Assembly (NCBI GenBank): GCA_002633005.1
Contig: NMRA01000576.1
Span: 1-64,000 of the forward strand
Direction of reading: 5' to 3'
DNA: 64,000 nucleotides
Source: Phoronis australis
Lineage: Eukaryota; Animalia; Phoronida
Positions 40,538 to 53,193 of the stretch are shown one piece after another. Position 1 is the stretch's first letter; each line of letters opens with the position of its first letter. The notes beneath the pieces were generated by a model. It saw nothing but the letters and a program-made list of their open reading frames with translations. It made no database searches and was not told the origin of the DNA. The position numbers and the translations under genes are program-made.

Positions 40538-40820
40538 GTGCAGTTTGACCTATGCATCGTGACCTTTAACTCGCAAACGTACAAGAAGATGAAGACGGAC
40601 GTGAAACTTGTTCGAAAGATTGTGGAATCAAAGGAAGTTCCACACATGTCCGTGGATGACTTCCTTGTCAAGGGCTACGAAGATTTGCAGTATCTAACTC
40701 ATGCCCAAAAGTACATTGTAGTTGTTGACAAGAACGACAGAGACGTCGTTCTAGAGAACACATCTATGGGACAGGGAGCTTTACGAGTTGGCTTCGTCAG
40801 AGAAATTTTACAGCGCAAAG
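40538..40820 (+). CDS. Exon encoding the N-half of an alpha/beta (TIR/SEFIR-like) domain
   Basis: GGCAG| acceptor, AAAG|GTATTT phase-1 donor; VQFDLCIVTFNS...KYIVVVDKND pattern. Confidence 0.6.
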
Positions 40821-41571
40821 GTATTTAAGTTCCTCCATCGTAATTAGTATTCTGAAATTATTTGTGCGCTCCATACATCACCAGTCACTCGTAAAACACG
40901 TGCATTGTGAAATCCTGGCCTTGTAAATGGCGATAATCCTGCGGAGGCGCGCCAGCTGAGGATTCGGAGCCACATACTTGTTCAGACTGATTTTTACGCA
41001 TACCATCTGTTTTAGCCTCCTTTCCAGTTTATTTTTAAGTCATCGCCAGATCTCATCAGATTGTAAGATTTGGAATTTCAGAACCTTTTCCTGTAAAAGT
41101 TACTTTCATCCCCATTTAAAATGTAACAGCAAAGATAATGAGTAGGCTTACTGTAACTCATAAAAGTATAATCACATTTTCTGAATTAAGATTCGAGGAA
41201 AATATAATTATCATATATCTTTCACAACACTCCGTCATTTTTGTGTAGTTTCTAAAAAATGCATCGATAAGGGAAAGAAGTCAGTTCACTAGCAATTGTC
41301 ATACTTTCTGCATTGAAGCATAATCGTTATCTGTGCAACTGATGACTTCAGTCTTATGGCGAATATTGTGACTTTCAAACTATCCCGTGGGCAAATTTGA
41401 GGGTACGAAAACACCACCGCTCATGTATTAATTTTTGTATGCCTACATATATATAAAAAGCACCTGTCAAACTCTTGACTTGCACCTAGTTTTAGCTTCC
41501 TTTGCGCAGAATACGAGGGGACTAAGTCCTTAGTCAAAGGCGATATTTTGAATAAATTACACTCTTTACAG

Positions 41572-41846
41572 ATAAATATCAATAAATTGATATGTTATCC
41601 GTAAGCCAGGACGCTCATCCTAATACAGATAGTCTTTCTATTCTAGGAGATCTGTGCCTTGTTTATTATGGAGACCGAGCTTCGCGTCATCTGGAGGGAA
41701 CGTTCTACAACACAAGTCTTGGTTCTGTTCGCCAAGTTAAAGAACTCGAACAGCTAGCTAGTAGAGGGCACTTTATTAGCATAGATGATCATTTCAATGA
41801 AGAACAGGAATTCCATTTGCTGCAATGGCTTCTGCAAAAAAAATAG
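41572..41846 (+). CDS. Terminal exon encoding the C-half of the same domain; in-frame TAA at 41583-41585
   Basis: CTCTTTACAG| acceptor in phase 1, matching the previous donor; DKYQ*IDMLSVSQ...LCLVYYGD...GHFISIDDHFNEEQEFHLLQWLLQKK*. Confidence 0.55.
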
Positions 41847-42937
41847 CAATAACAATGACTGCAATTTATTTTCTCTAATTGACCTTTTCCATTTGAATCA
41901 CCTTATAGACGAACGGTTAAGGACCAAAATTGTTCCTCATTTGACAAACGCATGACAATTTGTGGACCACTCAATTTTCACATTGTATTCAAAGGTAAAG
42001 TAGGTATTACTATAGTGTTATGTACATGTAGTTCCCATCTTGTAATTTTAAAAATGCTGTCTCAGCAATGTTTGTATGTATTTTATTTGTTTAACATACA
42101 AATTATAATTGTAACTATGAATCGTACATCAACGGACACATGAAGCGCATGTGAGAAATTCCCATTTAACGCATTTGACGCAGGCCTGTGTTATTGTAAA
42201 GTAGCCACCAGCCTCATTGGAAGTGAACTGTTTCATCTCAAGGAAAAGTGTCATGGCCATAAAATTTCGCATTTGGGTAGACTAAAGAGTTCAATCTCTA
42301 TATTTAAACGCGGCAAAATACCACCCAAATTGAATTTCAAAATGGTCGCCACAGTAAGCAAATCAAAGTGTGCACATTGTTAAATTAAGAGCCAAATTTT
42401 TCACTTTCGAATAAAAGCATGAGAGCTGGTGTAGTTGTCAATTTCCGTGATCTTTTCAAAATTAAATCACGTACCCATTGCCTTCGTCATTATAACTAAG
42501 CATCATCTTGCATTATGGAAAATGCTGACTCAGGTTTTCGAAGTCTACACATTTTTGTCGAAGTAAAACGTGCAGTAATTGCCCGAATTTTTAATCGTCC
42601 GTCATTTATCCAAGCAAAACTTTTCGAAATTGCATTTATATGTTCGTTTTTTACAGATTATTAACATTGCAGTTTTACTGCTCACACATTGAACTTTAAT
42701 AATGTTTAAATACTTTTTCATCAAAAAGATGATATTTCAATTCCTAAGGATCTTTGACTCCAAGATGGCGGGCAGAGGAAAAAACTTGGTAGCTCGTTGA
42801 ATCTGCATATGCTTAAGCATCGGAATACTAATTTCATGATATTACCAAAACATGAACAATTGGTCGAACATTTATTTCTTAGACTCTGCCGCTTTAGTCT
42901 CGAATACTTTCGTGAAATTTGTTCACGCCACAGTTAA

Positions 42938-43728
42938 GAATAGTTCTAAAAACCCTTCGACCCCTACGACCCAAGACCCCCTCGACCCACAACCCCTCGA
43001 TCCGACGACCCAAGACACGACTCGAGCTGAGCATAGAACTAGCGCTGACTTTCAGGACCAATGAGTTGGGCCGTGAGCTCGGCTGGCTGTTCCCTGTTTT
43101 TTGCAATTAAGAGAGTCTAGTTTGAAATCCAAAAATAGAATAAAAAAAAACAACGCGACCGAATCAAATCAAAGACCTACCAACGTCACAAATGTCGTTC
43201 CCGGCATAGTGTAATCTTCTCGTCTGCTCTTCAGTGAATGGCAGATTCAACCTTTTTGTGGAGAGTGTGATTAACCGACAAAATTGTTATTTCAGTAAAT
43301 GCAGTTTGGAAAAACAAACTGTTTACTAAAAGTATTTCAACGTTGTTTGGAGTATATTGTAAAAAGACTATACAACAGAAAACAAATAATAAAAACGTGG
43401 AATTATGTACATCCACACTCTCCATACGTTTAGTAGAACTGGGCCATTGGTAGCTGCTCGTGGAACTACTTCCGTAACAACGATAGCTCTCACACAATGC
43501 GCTATTCCAGGTCACGTTCTCACGCCACTTTCTGTTTTTTATCACCAGACTGGAGCCAGAGCATACTCGCGTGTAGGTATGTATTACGGGAAAGTCACTC
43601 AGTGACGTAATAGATTATGCAATATGTAAAAATCGCAAAACACCTCTATTGCCACAGGTCGTGGATCGAAGGGGTCGAGGGTTCTTGGGTCGTGGGGTGT
43701 GGGGGTCAAAGGGGTTTTAGAACTGTCC
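42938..43728. mobile_element. Non-autonomous Mutator-like element/MITE with a 9-bp TSD
   Basis: TIRs GAATAGTTCTAAAAACCC / GGGGTTTTAGAACTGTCC with CGACCC subrepeats; perfect TSD CACAGTTAA at 42929-42937 and 43729-43737. Confidence 0.88.
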
Positions 43729-45310
43729 CACAGTTAATGCCTTTCACGTTTGTAATGTAATTGTGCTTCAGACTGATTTCGTGACTCGGGCGCATGTATG
43801 CATAAGTGCTTTCCTTAGCATGAATGCTTTGAAACATGTAGTTTTAATATAAAAAATGAATTAACTCAAATACTGGTACTTACTACCTCACGTTGCGGTC
43901 ATCAACTTCAAGCTGTTGATAACCACTAGAGGTAACTTTAGTCGGACAGCGATGCAGAGCTGTGTCGAACCTGCCCCGTCATTTGGGAGGGATGAAATTT
44001 TATAACTCCACGCTTGTTCTTGGATGGTTTTTCATTTTTGTGTACTATACGGCTCTTCATCTGCACTAAAACAGTGTTTTTCACAATCAGGTATAAAACT
44101 TTGCATCAAAATGATGTCTGGATCAGCAGACATGTCTACAGACCTGGCCTCGTAACCGGTCTCATACTCATCTTGAAACACTTCTTTTCACCGGCACATG
44201 GGACACATGTACAGTAACTCTCTGAACACTACATGTACGCTTCACCGTACACCTCCATTGGTTTCTCTGGAACCTTTCTTTGACCTGCAGTTGTTGGTTA
44301 CGCAAGAATTATAAAGGGCTTTCGGGTCGTTATGACAACTATCCGAAGCTAGGAAGTCCCAAACAAAATGGATCATGATCATTGTCTCCATAGCACCACC
44401 AACATATAGCTCTATCTGGTGGTCAATACATTTTTACCCAACCAGTCACCAGGTGGTCGAGTCGGTTTAGAAGGAACTGTCAAACATCTAGAAATCGATG
44501 AAATGTCGTAGCAGAGGTACAGGTATTTCTGTTATTCATATACCCATAGGCTGGCGTTTAACTGAACTTCTCACCAAAATCGACAGATTGATTCAATCAG
44601 CGCTGGGACGGCACTAGATTACTGAACACAAAGACTCGTTCTAGCTGTTGTCACGAAAAAATAAACAGTTGAATTACTTTTTGTTGAGAACCTTTAGTAT
44701 ACACTACGCCTGTAGAGCTAGGGAGAGCTCATTCCGTAATTGTTCAAACATGAAACTTGGATTTATGAAGCTTTAAAAAACAATTTTAGTTTTTTTTGTG
44801 AATGGCCATTTTTGCCACTACACCAGGCTTGCCATCTTTTGTAACCATACCACAGCTTGGTGATCATGCTACGTTTAAATTTAAATGAAAGCTACCTTTA
44901 TGCAATGAAACTACAAAAAATACTTTTCCTCGAGCACTTATATTTTCATCGTCGCCTTTACAAATTCCCAAATCATGAAAGTACGATTCTCAGCTGAAAA
45001 GCATCGCCTGTTGTCGGTGTCGAAGCGTTTTCGGAAAATGCAAAAAAACACTCGTCGATTCCACCGGGAACGTTGCTTAGCGACAGTGTATTTGCATCTG
45101 ACATTTTGTTTGTTTGTATGGTGTCACGTGACTTTTTGCAAGGGCGAAGCTTGCGATAGGTCAATTGTGATGGCTTGGTTAAATTTATCTCCAGAAATAA
45201 TACGTCGAATATAAGTGCATGAAAATCAATCTCTTAAAAGGAACTTACTCACTCGAAAATTTTACTTTCTACTTTTCTCTTGTCACTCAGCCATTTCCAT
45301 TTTTATCTAG

Positions 45311-45396
45311 CACTTAGCTCATGAACTAGGTCATTCACTTAGCTCATGAACTAGGTCATTCACTTAGCTCATGAACTTAGTCCTTCACTTAGCTCA
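45311..45396. repeat. 25-bp minisatellite, ~3.4 copies
   Basis: CACTTAGCTCATGAACTAGGTCATT in tandem. Confidence 0.9.
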
Positions 45397-45770
45397 CTGG
45401 CTGGCTTTCGGGTCACTTTATTACATCATTAGGTCAAAAACTTAAATTGGAAGATGGCAGACAATTTGATTCTTCGTGGTTAGAGAAAGGTAAAATAGGC
45501 GAAATATAACCGGTGAGACCACATACGTTCCCCAAATTTGTCCCAGGAATTCAATTTGGTTAGTACTAACACACCCAACAAATATTTTCTCCCACTCTTG
45601 TAAAGATGTATGATCCGTTTTAAAAACACTGTGAATCTGCATAAAAACATTGAAACATACTCTTTGAAACTTAGTTAGAGCTTTTCGCAACTATGAGATC
45701 GATTTACTGCTGGTACTTATTTTTTATTTATTTTTTTATTTTCTTAAGATCTGCGTGATCAAAAACAAAC

Positions 45771-46215
45771 AATCATCATCATGTGGTGTCATCTCCTTAG
45801 AGGTCGACTTGAAATGACCCGCCATTCTGCTCTGCTCTTTGCCTCTCTTGTACATTCTTGCACTGATAGATTCGTCCAGTCCTTGATGTCGTCCACTCAC
45901 ATTCTACGTTGTCTACCTCTTGCTCTCACCCCTTCTGTTTTTCCTTCCGGTATGTTCTTGCAAATGGTGTCATGCCTTTCAATGTGACCAAAGTATTTCA
46001 GTTTTCTTGTTTGGATTGTATTTAGGAGTGATGGTTTAATTTTGAGCAAGTTACAAACATCTTTGTTGGTCTTTCTTTCTGTCCAGCTGATTCTTGCCAT
46101 CCGTCTGAATGTCCACATTTCAAAGGCCTCTATTTTTATAGTCATTGTCCATGTCTCAGATCCGTAAAGCAGCACAGAATGTATGTAGCATCTCACAAGT
46201 CTTGTTCTAAGAGTG
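45771..46215 (-). mobile_element. RTE-like LINE 3' fragment
   Basis: YIHSVLLYGSETWT...IEAFEMWTFRRMARISWTERKTN...KLKYFGHIER...EGVRARGRQR; (GAT)n tail at 45771-45783. Confidence 0.85.
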
Positions 46216-46218
46216 AAA

Positions 46219-46570
46219 TGTTACCTATAATGCTGTGCAGGTTGACCTTATGGTAACTCGAGACAAATAGTCGCCTGTTTACGGTACTGCTTCGAAGAAG
46301 AGAAGTTCGCATTAGCTAGGTTCTCTGTTCGTTTCTTGAAAATTTTATTGTTAACTATCCGTAGCAGCTACTGGGAAACGCCGATGGGAAATAGCTTCAC
46401 CTAAGAGTGAATCGATCGAGTCATTCATCGCAAGAGACAGGAATACTTCTTGAAGAGACCGTGTTCAAAGCTTCAAGCAGAATTTCTGTCACCTGTCAGA
46501 TTTTAGTAGGCAATTAAGGTGTGCGGCTGTGAGATTCTTCCCCTAGGCAGTACAAATTTCTTTCCAGAAC
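46219..46570 (+). mobile_element. Possible BEL/Pao-type LTR
   Basis: TGTT...AACA termini followed by TTTGATCCT, resembling the BEL primer-binding site TTTGGTCCT. Confidence 0.3.
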
Positions 46571-47269
46571 ATTTGATCCTGCACAACACAAAGTACGGTA
46601 ATCAGATAGTCTTCAGTTTAAAGTGATAACTAAGAATGCATTTAAAATATTGCATAATATACAAAGTATATAGATGTCAGTGGCGGATTTATAGGGGGGC
46701 CAAGGGGGACATGTCCCCCCTAAAATTCTCCCAGCTTCCATTTGGCACTGTTCAAAATTCTCCGCCTTGTGTAACAAAGGAAAATCCTATCTGCAGACGT
46801 TTTGGAAACACTGCAATCTCGCGACACGCGCACGTACGCGCCATTTGACAAAACTTTGCGATATCTCTCGAGAGTATTTTCTGAAATTGTTTTTTTTGGT
46901 ATTAAAATATTAAAAACTTGTAATAAAACGAAACCACTTCCGATTGCTATATGTACGTAACCTCCACAGTTGATTGAAGAACATGGAAATTGGCCCGATA
47001 GGTGACGCAATGGCGCCCAAAGAGCGCATCGCAATTTTAGCAGCAGAATAACTGAAGAACGCCAATATTCCAACATCCGGTTAAATAATTTAGTTTACTC
47101 AAGGAAGAGTGAAAATTTTTAATGAGGCATCATTAATTTTGGCCCCGAAAAGCCCGATGAGTTATATACGCGACAGAAGCCGGAGGGAGTGACGTCACCC
47201 AGGCCTTTGTGCTGACCGACTGACGTCACCAAGGCCAGTACGAAACTGGTCACACTCGCTCCGCGTCCG

Positions 47270-47630
47270 CGAAAAAATGGCACGTTGTTCCTCGGGTTGG
47301 GTACTTCGGTGGAGTGTACCTCGGCTTAAGGGGGCGTCTATTGCCACTTGGAGTTGAACCATAAGTTGGCCTTGGGCGATTCGTCCCAGTATAAAAGGCA
47401 GAAGTTGCATAAAGTTCTGTACTTACATCAGTAGTTGTAGAATTTCCAGTTTGGTTGGCCTTGATCTTCTTGTCAAGGGCATTCATCAGTTGTTCGACGG
47501 ACCATTTTTCTCCGACATGGTCATGATTTAATTGAATTTGCACATCCATCGGTATCTTTTGGCGTATGATGGTCACAAGCACATGATCTTGGGCGGGGAC
47601 TTGTCCTAGGGTCTCTAACGTTATTTTTGT
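47270..47630 (-). mobile_element. BEL/Pao retrotransposon gag fragment
   Basis: LETLGQ...VLVTIIRQKIPMDVQIQL...WSVEQLMNALDKKIKA...ATSAF...CHF resembles the BEL gag region ahead of the zinc knuckle. Confidence 0.6.
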
Positions 47631-47780
47631 AACTCTCCGCCTTCTGTAACAAAGGAAATCTGTGGTCGTTTTGAAAACAGTGCATACTCCTGTCACGCGC
47701 AAGTACACGCCGTTTCTTAAAATTTTGCGATATCTCTCGAAAGTTTGTTCTGAAATTGAGTTTTCTGGTATTACAATAGT

Positions 47781-50700
47781 AACTAGAAAGGTTATTGTCA
47801 CGGCGTGACAATAATGCACTCTGCGCGTGCGTATTACTGGAATTGTTATGGGAAAATACTAACAGCAACCCGTTTACCAATACAAAAAGGAATTCTTTAA
47901 AATTATGAGAGAAATTACATGTTAATATCTTGATGACCTTTCCGCTAATTGACCTCTTCCGGTGCATTATGAGCCCCGATGAAGGAATAATTGTGAACTC
48001 GATCAAAAGTTTGGTTAATGCTCAGAATCACAGATTTTATAATTTAAGCACCTTCAGAATACAAGATGAATGAATTGGTCAAACTTTCAGAAGAAAAGTG
48101 CACCTAACGACCCCATGCGAACACCAAATGACCTGAAAATTTAGAATTCAAACTCAACCACATTTAGTAAACAGATATGTAACTTAAAGTCTGTAACTCC
48201 AAATTTTAGTTCGCACTCAATGACCTTTGACCTATTTTTTCTGATTGGTTAAGCCTATTTCGTAGTAAAGTAGGGTGTTAAATTGGTATGTTGACTTACA
48301 CCAGTGTGCTGAAATTGAAAAAAATTCCTTGAAAAATGCAGGAAAATTTAGATTTTGAACGTTATATGACCTTTGCACTAATTGACCCTATCCGGTGCAT
48401 TATTAGCCAATTTAGGAGAAAAAGTGTGTTTGAAGCTGAGAATCACACTTGTCTAACTGTTGACACATCAGAGTACTTGGTGAACAAAAAGGTCAAATAT
48501 TCAGAAAAAAAATGCACCTAATGACCCCATGGTTCCACCAAATGAAATGAAACTTTGAATTTAGTTCTGAATTTCATGTACCAATAGGATGTGTGAATTT
48601 GAAGTGTCTGGCTCAAAATCTTAGTTTGCACTAAATGACCTTTGACCTCTTTAACCTTATTGGATGACTCGATTTCTTAGAAAAGTATTTTTTAAATTCC
48701 CTTGTTGACTTATACCTGTGCACCGAATTTGAAAAATATACCTTTAAAACTGAAGACAGAGTAGCATTTTCAAAGTTATATGACCTTTGCACCAAATGAC
48801 CTTTTCCAGTGCATTATAAGCCTTTTTGGTAAAATCATTGCAAAGTCCGTGTAACGTGTATTTAATGCTGAGAATCACAGTCGTCTAACTTTTGACACAT
48901 CAGAATAGTTGGTAAATGAAAATGTAAAATTTTCATTAAAAATGCACCTAATGACCCCATGGTTGCACCAAATGACCTGAAACTTTCGATTTCGATCTGA
49001 ATTCTATGTGCCAATCAGATGTGTGAATTTGAAGTGTTTAGTTCAAAATTTTAGTTTGCACCTAATGACCTTTGACTTGTTTTATCTGATTGGATGATTC
49101 GATTACTTAAAAAAGTAATTTTTTGTTTATTTCTATGCACCGAATTTAAAAAATAGCTTTAAAGCTGAAGGAGAAGTAGCATTTTGAAAATTATATGACC
49201 TTTGCACTAAACGACATCTTCCGGTGCAATGTGGAATATGATTATATAACGAATCAAAATTTATGAACTGTCCAAAATCATATGCTGAATTTAAAGAACG
49301 TACCTGCACCCAATTTGGAGTTACTAAGTGTCAAAGTTGGTCGGAAGAACAATAACAAGAACTAGAAATATTATTGTCACGGCGTGACAATAATGGATTC
49401 TGCGCGTGCGTATTACTGGAATTATGGGAAGTTACTGACAGCAACCCGTTTACCAATATGAAAAGGATTTTTTTAAAATTGTAGGAGAAATTGAATGTTA
49501 ATATTTTGATGACTTTTCCACTAATTGACCTCTTCCGGTGCATTTTAAGCCCCGATGAGGGAGTAATTGTTAACTCGATTAAAGGTGTGATTAATGCTAA
49601 GAATCACAGATGTTTTACTTTAAGCACTTCAGAATACAAGATGACTGAATTGGTCAAACTTTCAGAAGAAAAATGCACCTAATGACCCCATGGATGCACC
49701 AAATGACCTGAAAACTTAGAATTCAAACTTAATCGCGATTATTAAACAGATACATAATTTTGAAGTCTTTATCTCAAAATTTTAGTTTGCACTCAATGAC
49801 CTTTGACCTATTTTTTCTGATTAGTTAGGCCTGTTGTGTAGTAACGTATGGTGCTCGATTGGCATGTTGGCTTACAACAGCGTGCTGAAAGTGAAAAGAA
49901 TTCATTGAAAAATGTAGGGGATATATAATTTTGAATGATAGATGACCTTTGCACTAATTGACCCTATCCGGTGCATTATTAGCGTCTTTAGGAGCAAAGC
50001 CAGTGAAAAGTTTGTTTAATGCTGAGAATCAGAGTTGTCTAACGGGTGACACGTCACTTGGTGAATGAAAAGGACAAATTTTCATAAGAAAAATGCACCT
50101 AATGACCCAGGTTTGCACTAAATGACCTGAAACTTTGAATTCCGAATTAAATTACCTGTGCCAATCAGACCTGTGAATTTTAAGTGTTTAGCTCAAAATA
50201 TTAGTTTGCACCTGTTTAACCTGATTGGATGACCCGATTACTTAGAAAAGTATTTTTAAATTGCCTTATTCTTATACCTGTGTACCGAATTTGAAAGGAA
50301 TAGCTTTTAAAATAAAGAAGGAGTAGCATTTTGAAAATTACATGACTTTTGCACCAAATGACCTCTTCCGGTGCATTATGGAATATGAATATATAATGAA
50401 TGAAAATGTATATATTGTCAAAAATCATATGTTGAATTCAAAGACCGTACCTGCACCCAATTTGGAATTATTAAGCCTCAAAGTTGGTAGGAAGAAGAAT
50501 AAGAATAAGATTAATATTGAAGAAAACCCAGGAACAACAGTACTCTGCGCTTGCACGCGCAGAGTAATAAGAATAAGAACTAGAACGCAATTGCGTATGC
50601 GCACTTACAACTCTGAGCGTGGTGTATGCACGTGCATAGTGAAGTATAGGCGCATTACACTGCATGGAAGTTTCATCCTTTGTGTGAAAGAGAGCGATGT

Positions 50701-53193
50701 CCCTGGTAACTATGAAAGAGCAAGAAAGAATGTTAACGGAAAACTGCACCTAATAACCCCAGAGTTTCACCTAATGACCCCAGGGTTTGTAACTGAATTT
50801 CCTTTACGAATGAAAACTATATAGGTGATTGTGTAAGGTCTAGCTCAAAAATCACTTTTGCACTTAATGACCTTTGACCTGGAAACTCGGTTCTCTCCGA
50901 TTCAGTTTCCAAGTAAATTTCGTGGGCACTTCTCTAGTGTCTGCTTATTATCAAAATCCGGAGAGTCTATCTAACGCCGTGTAGAAGAAGAAGCAATTTG
51001 ACAGAATGCACCCCTTTACCCGTTTCGGGTCATTCCGGTGCATTTTGAGTTAAAACCATGTGATCAATAGAATTTCATCGGCAGTTAGTTGAACCACCAT
51101 GATATGAACGCCCTCACTAATGCATCATGTAAGTACAAGATGATTCAAAAAGTCTTAAATTTAACAAAAACTGCACTTAATGACCCCAACGCTGCACCTA
51201 TTGACTCCAAAGCTTGTGATTGAAGTTCCTTTGCGAATGGAAATAATATGCACGATTATGAAAGGTCTAGCTCAAAAATCGTGTTTGCACTTAAGGACAT
51301 TTGACCCGGAAACTCGGTTCCATGATCCAATTTAAATTCCAAGTTAATTTCGGATGGACTTCTCTAGTGCCTCTTGTTATCAAAATTGGGAGAATCTATC
51401 TAAAAGCCTGTCGAAGAAGAAGCAATTTGACAGAATGCACTCCTTGACCCGTTTCGGGTCAATCCGGTGCATTTTGAGTCAAATCCATGTGATCAATAGA
51501 ATTTGATCGGCAATTGGTTGAACCACCATGAATTTGAACGCTCTGCCTAATGCATCATTCAGGTACAAGTTTTGACCTGTTTAACCTATTTGGATGACCT
51601 GATTACTTAGAAAAGTAATTTTTTTAAATTGCCTTATTGACTTATACCTGTGTACCGAATTTGAAAAGAATAGCTTTTAAAATAAAGAAGGAGTAGCATT
51701 TTGAAAATTACATGACCTTTGCACCAAATGACCACCTCCGGTGCATTATGGAATATGATTATATAACGAATCAAAATTTATGTACTGTCAAAAATCATAT
51801 GCTGAATTTAAAGACTGTACCTGCACCCAATTTGGAGTTATTAAGTGTCAAAGTTGGTCGGAAGAACAATAACAAGAACTAGAAAGATTATTGTCACGGC
51901 GTGACAATAATGGATTCTGCGCGTGCGTATTACTGGAATTATGGGAAGTTACTGACAGCAACCCGTTTACCAATATGAGAAGGAATTCTATAAAATTGTA
52001 GGAAAAATAGCATGTTAATATTTTGATGACCTTTCCACTATTTGACCTCTTTCGGTGCATTATGAGCCCGGATGAGGGAATAATTGTGAACTCGATTAAA
52101 AGTGTGGTTAATGCTAAGAATCTTAGATGTTTTACTTTAAGCACTTTATAATACAACAAGAATGAATTGGTCAAACTTTCAGAAGAAAAATGCACCTAAT
52201 GACACCATGGGTGCTCCACATGACCTGATAATTTAGAATTCAAACTCAATCACATTTACTAAACATATATGTAATTTTGAAGTCTCTAGCTCAAAATTTT
52301 ATTTTGCACTCAATGACCTTCGACCTATTTTTCTGATTGGTTAGGTCTATTGCGTAGAAAAGTAGGGCGTTCGATTGGCATGGTGACTTACACCAGTGTG
52401 CTGAACTTGAAAAGAATTCCTTGAAAAATGCAGGAGATATAACATTTTGAACGTTAGATGACCTTTGCACTAATTGACCCTATCCGGTGCATTATAAGCG
52501 TCTTTAAGAGAATTATTGCATAGCCCGTGAAAAGTGTGTTTAATACTGAGAACCACAGTTGTCTAACGGTTGACACATCAAAATACTTGGTGAATGAAAA
52601 GGACAAATTTTCAGAAGAAAAATGCACCTAATGACCCCATGGCTGTACTAAATGACTTGAAACTTTGTATTTCGAATTGAATTAGACGCACCAATCAGAC
52701 TTGTGAATTTGAAGTGTCTAGCTCAAAATTTTACTTTGCACTCAATGACCTTTGACCTATTTTCTCTGATTGGAGGGCCCTACTGCTTAGTAAAGTAGGC
52801 TATTTCATTGGCATGTAGGTTTACACCAATGTGCTGGATTTGAAGAGAATTCCTTGAAAAATGTAGAAGAAATAACCTTTTCAAAAGTAAATGACCTTTG
52901 CACTAATTGACCCAATCCCGTGCATTACAAGCCCTTTTAGTAGAACTATTGCAAAGTACGTGAAAATTATATTTAATGCTGGGAATCACAGTTGTCTAAC
53001 GGTTGACACATCAGAATACTTGGTGAATGAAAAGGACAAATTTTTAGAAGAAAAATGCACCCAATGACCCCAGGTTTGCACTAAATGACCTAAAAATTTG
53101 GATTCTGAATTGAATTTCCTGTGCCAATCAGACCTGTGAATTTGAAGTGTCTAGTTCAAAATTTTAGTTTGCACCTAATGACCTTTGACCTGT
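47781..53193. repeat. Head-to-tail cluster of HINE/Helentron-like elements carrying ~415-435-bp tandem cores
   Basis: AACTAGA + palindrome TTATTGTCAC-ggc-GTGACAATAA at 47781, 49360 and 51877; variant head at 50578; TGCACCTAATGACCCC recurring every ~420-430 bp. Confidence 0.85.

Noticed and set aside
45311-45396. CRISPR-like array
   Set aside because: Contiguous 25-bp tandem copies without unique spacers, no cas genes, eukaryotic context
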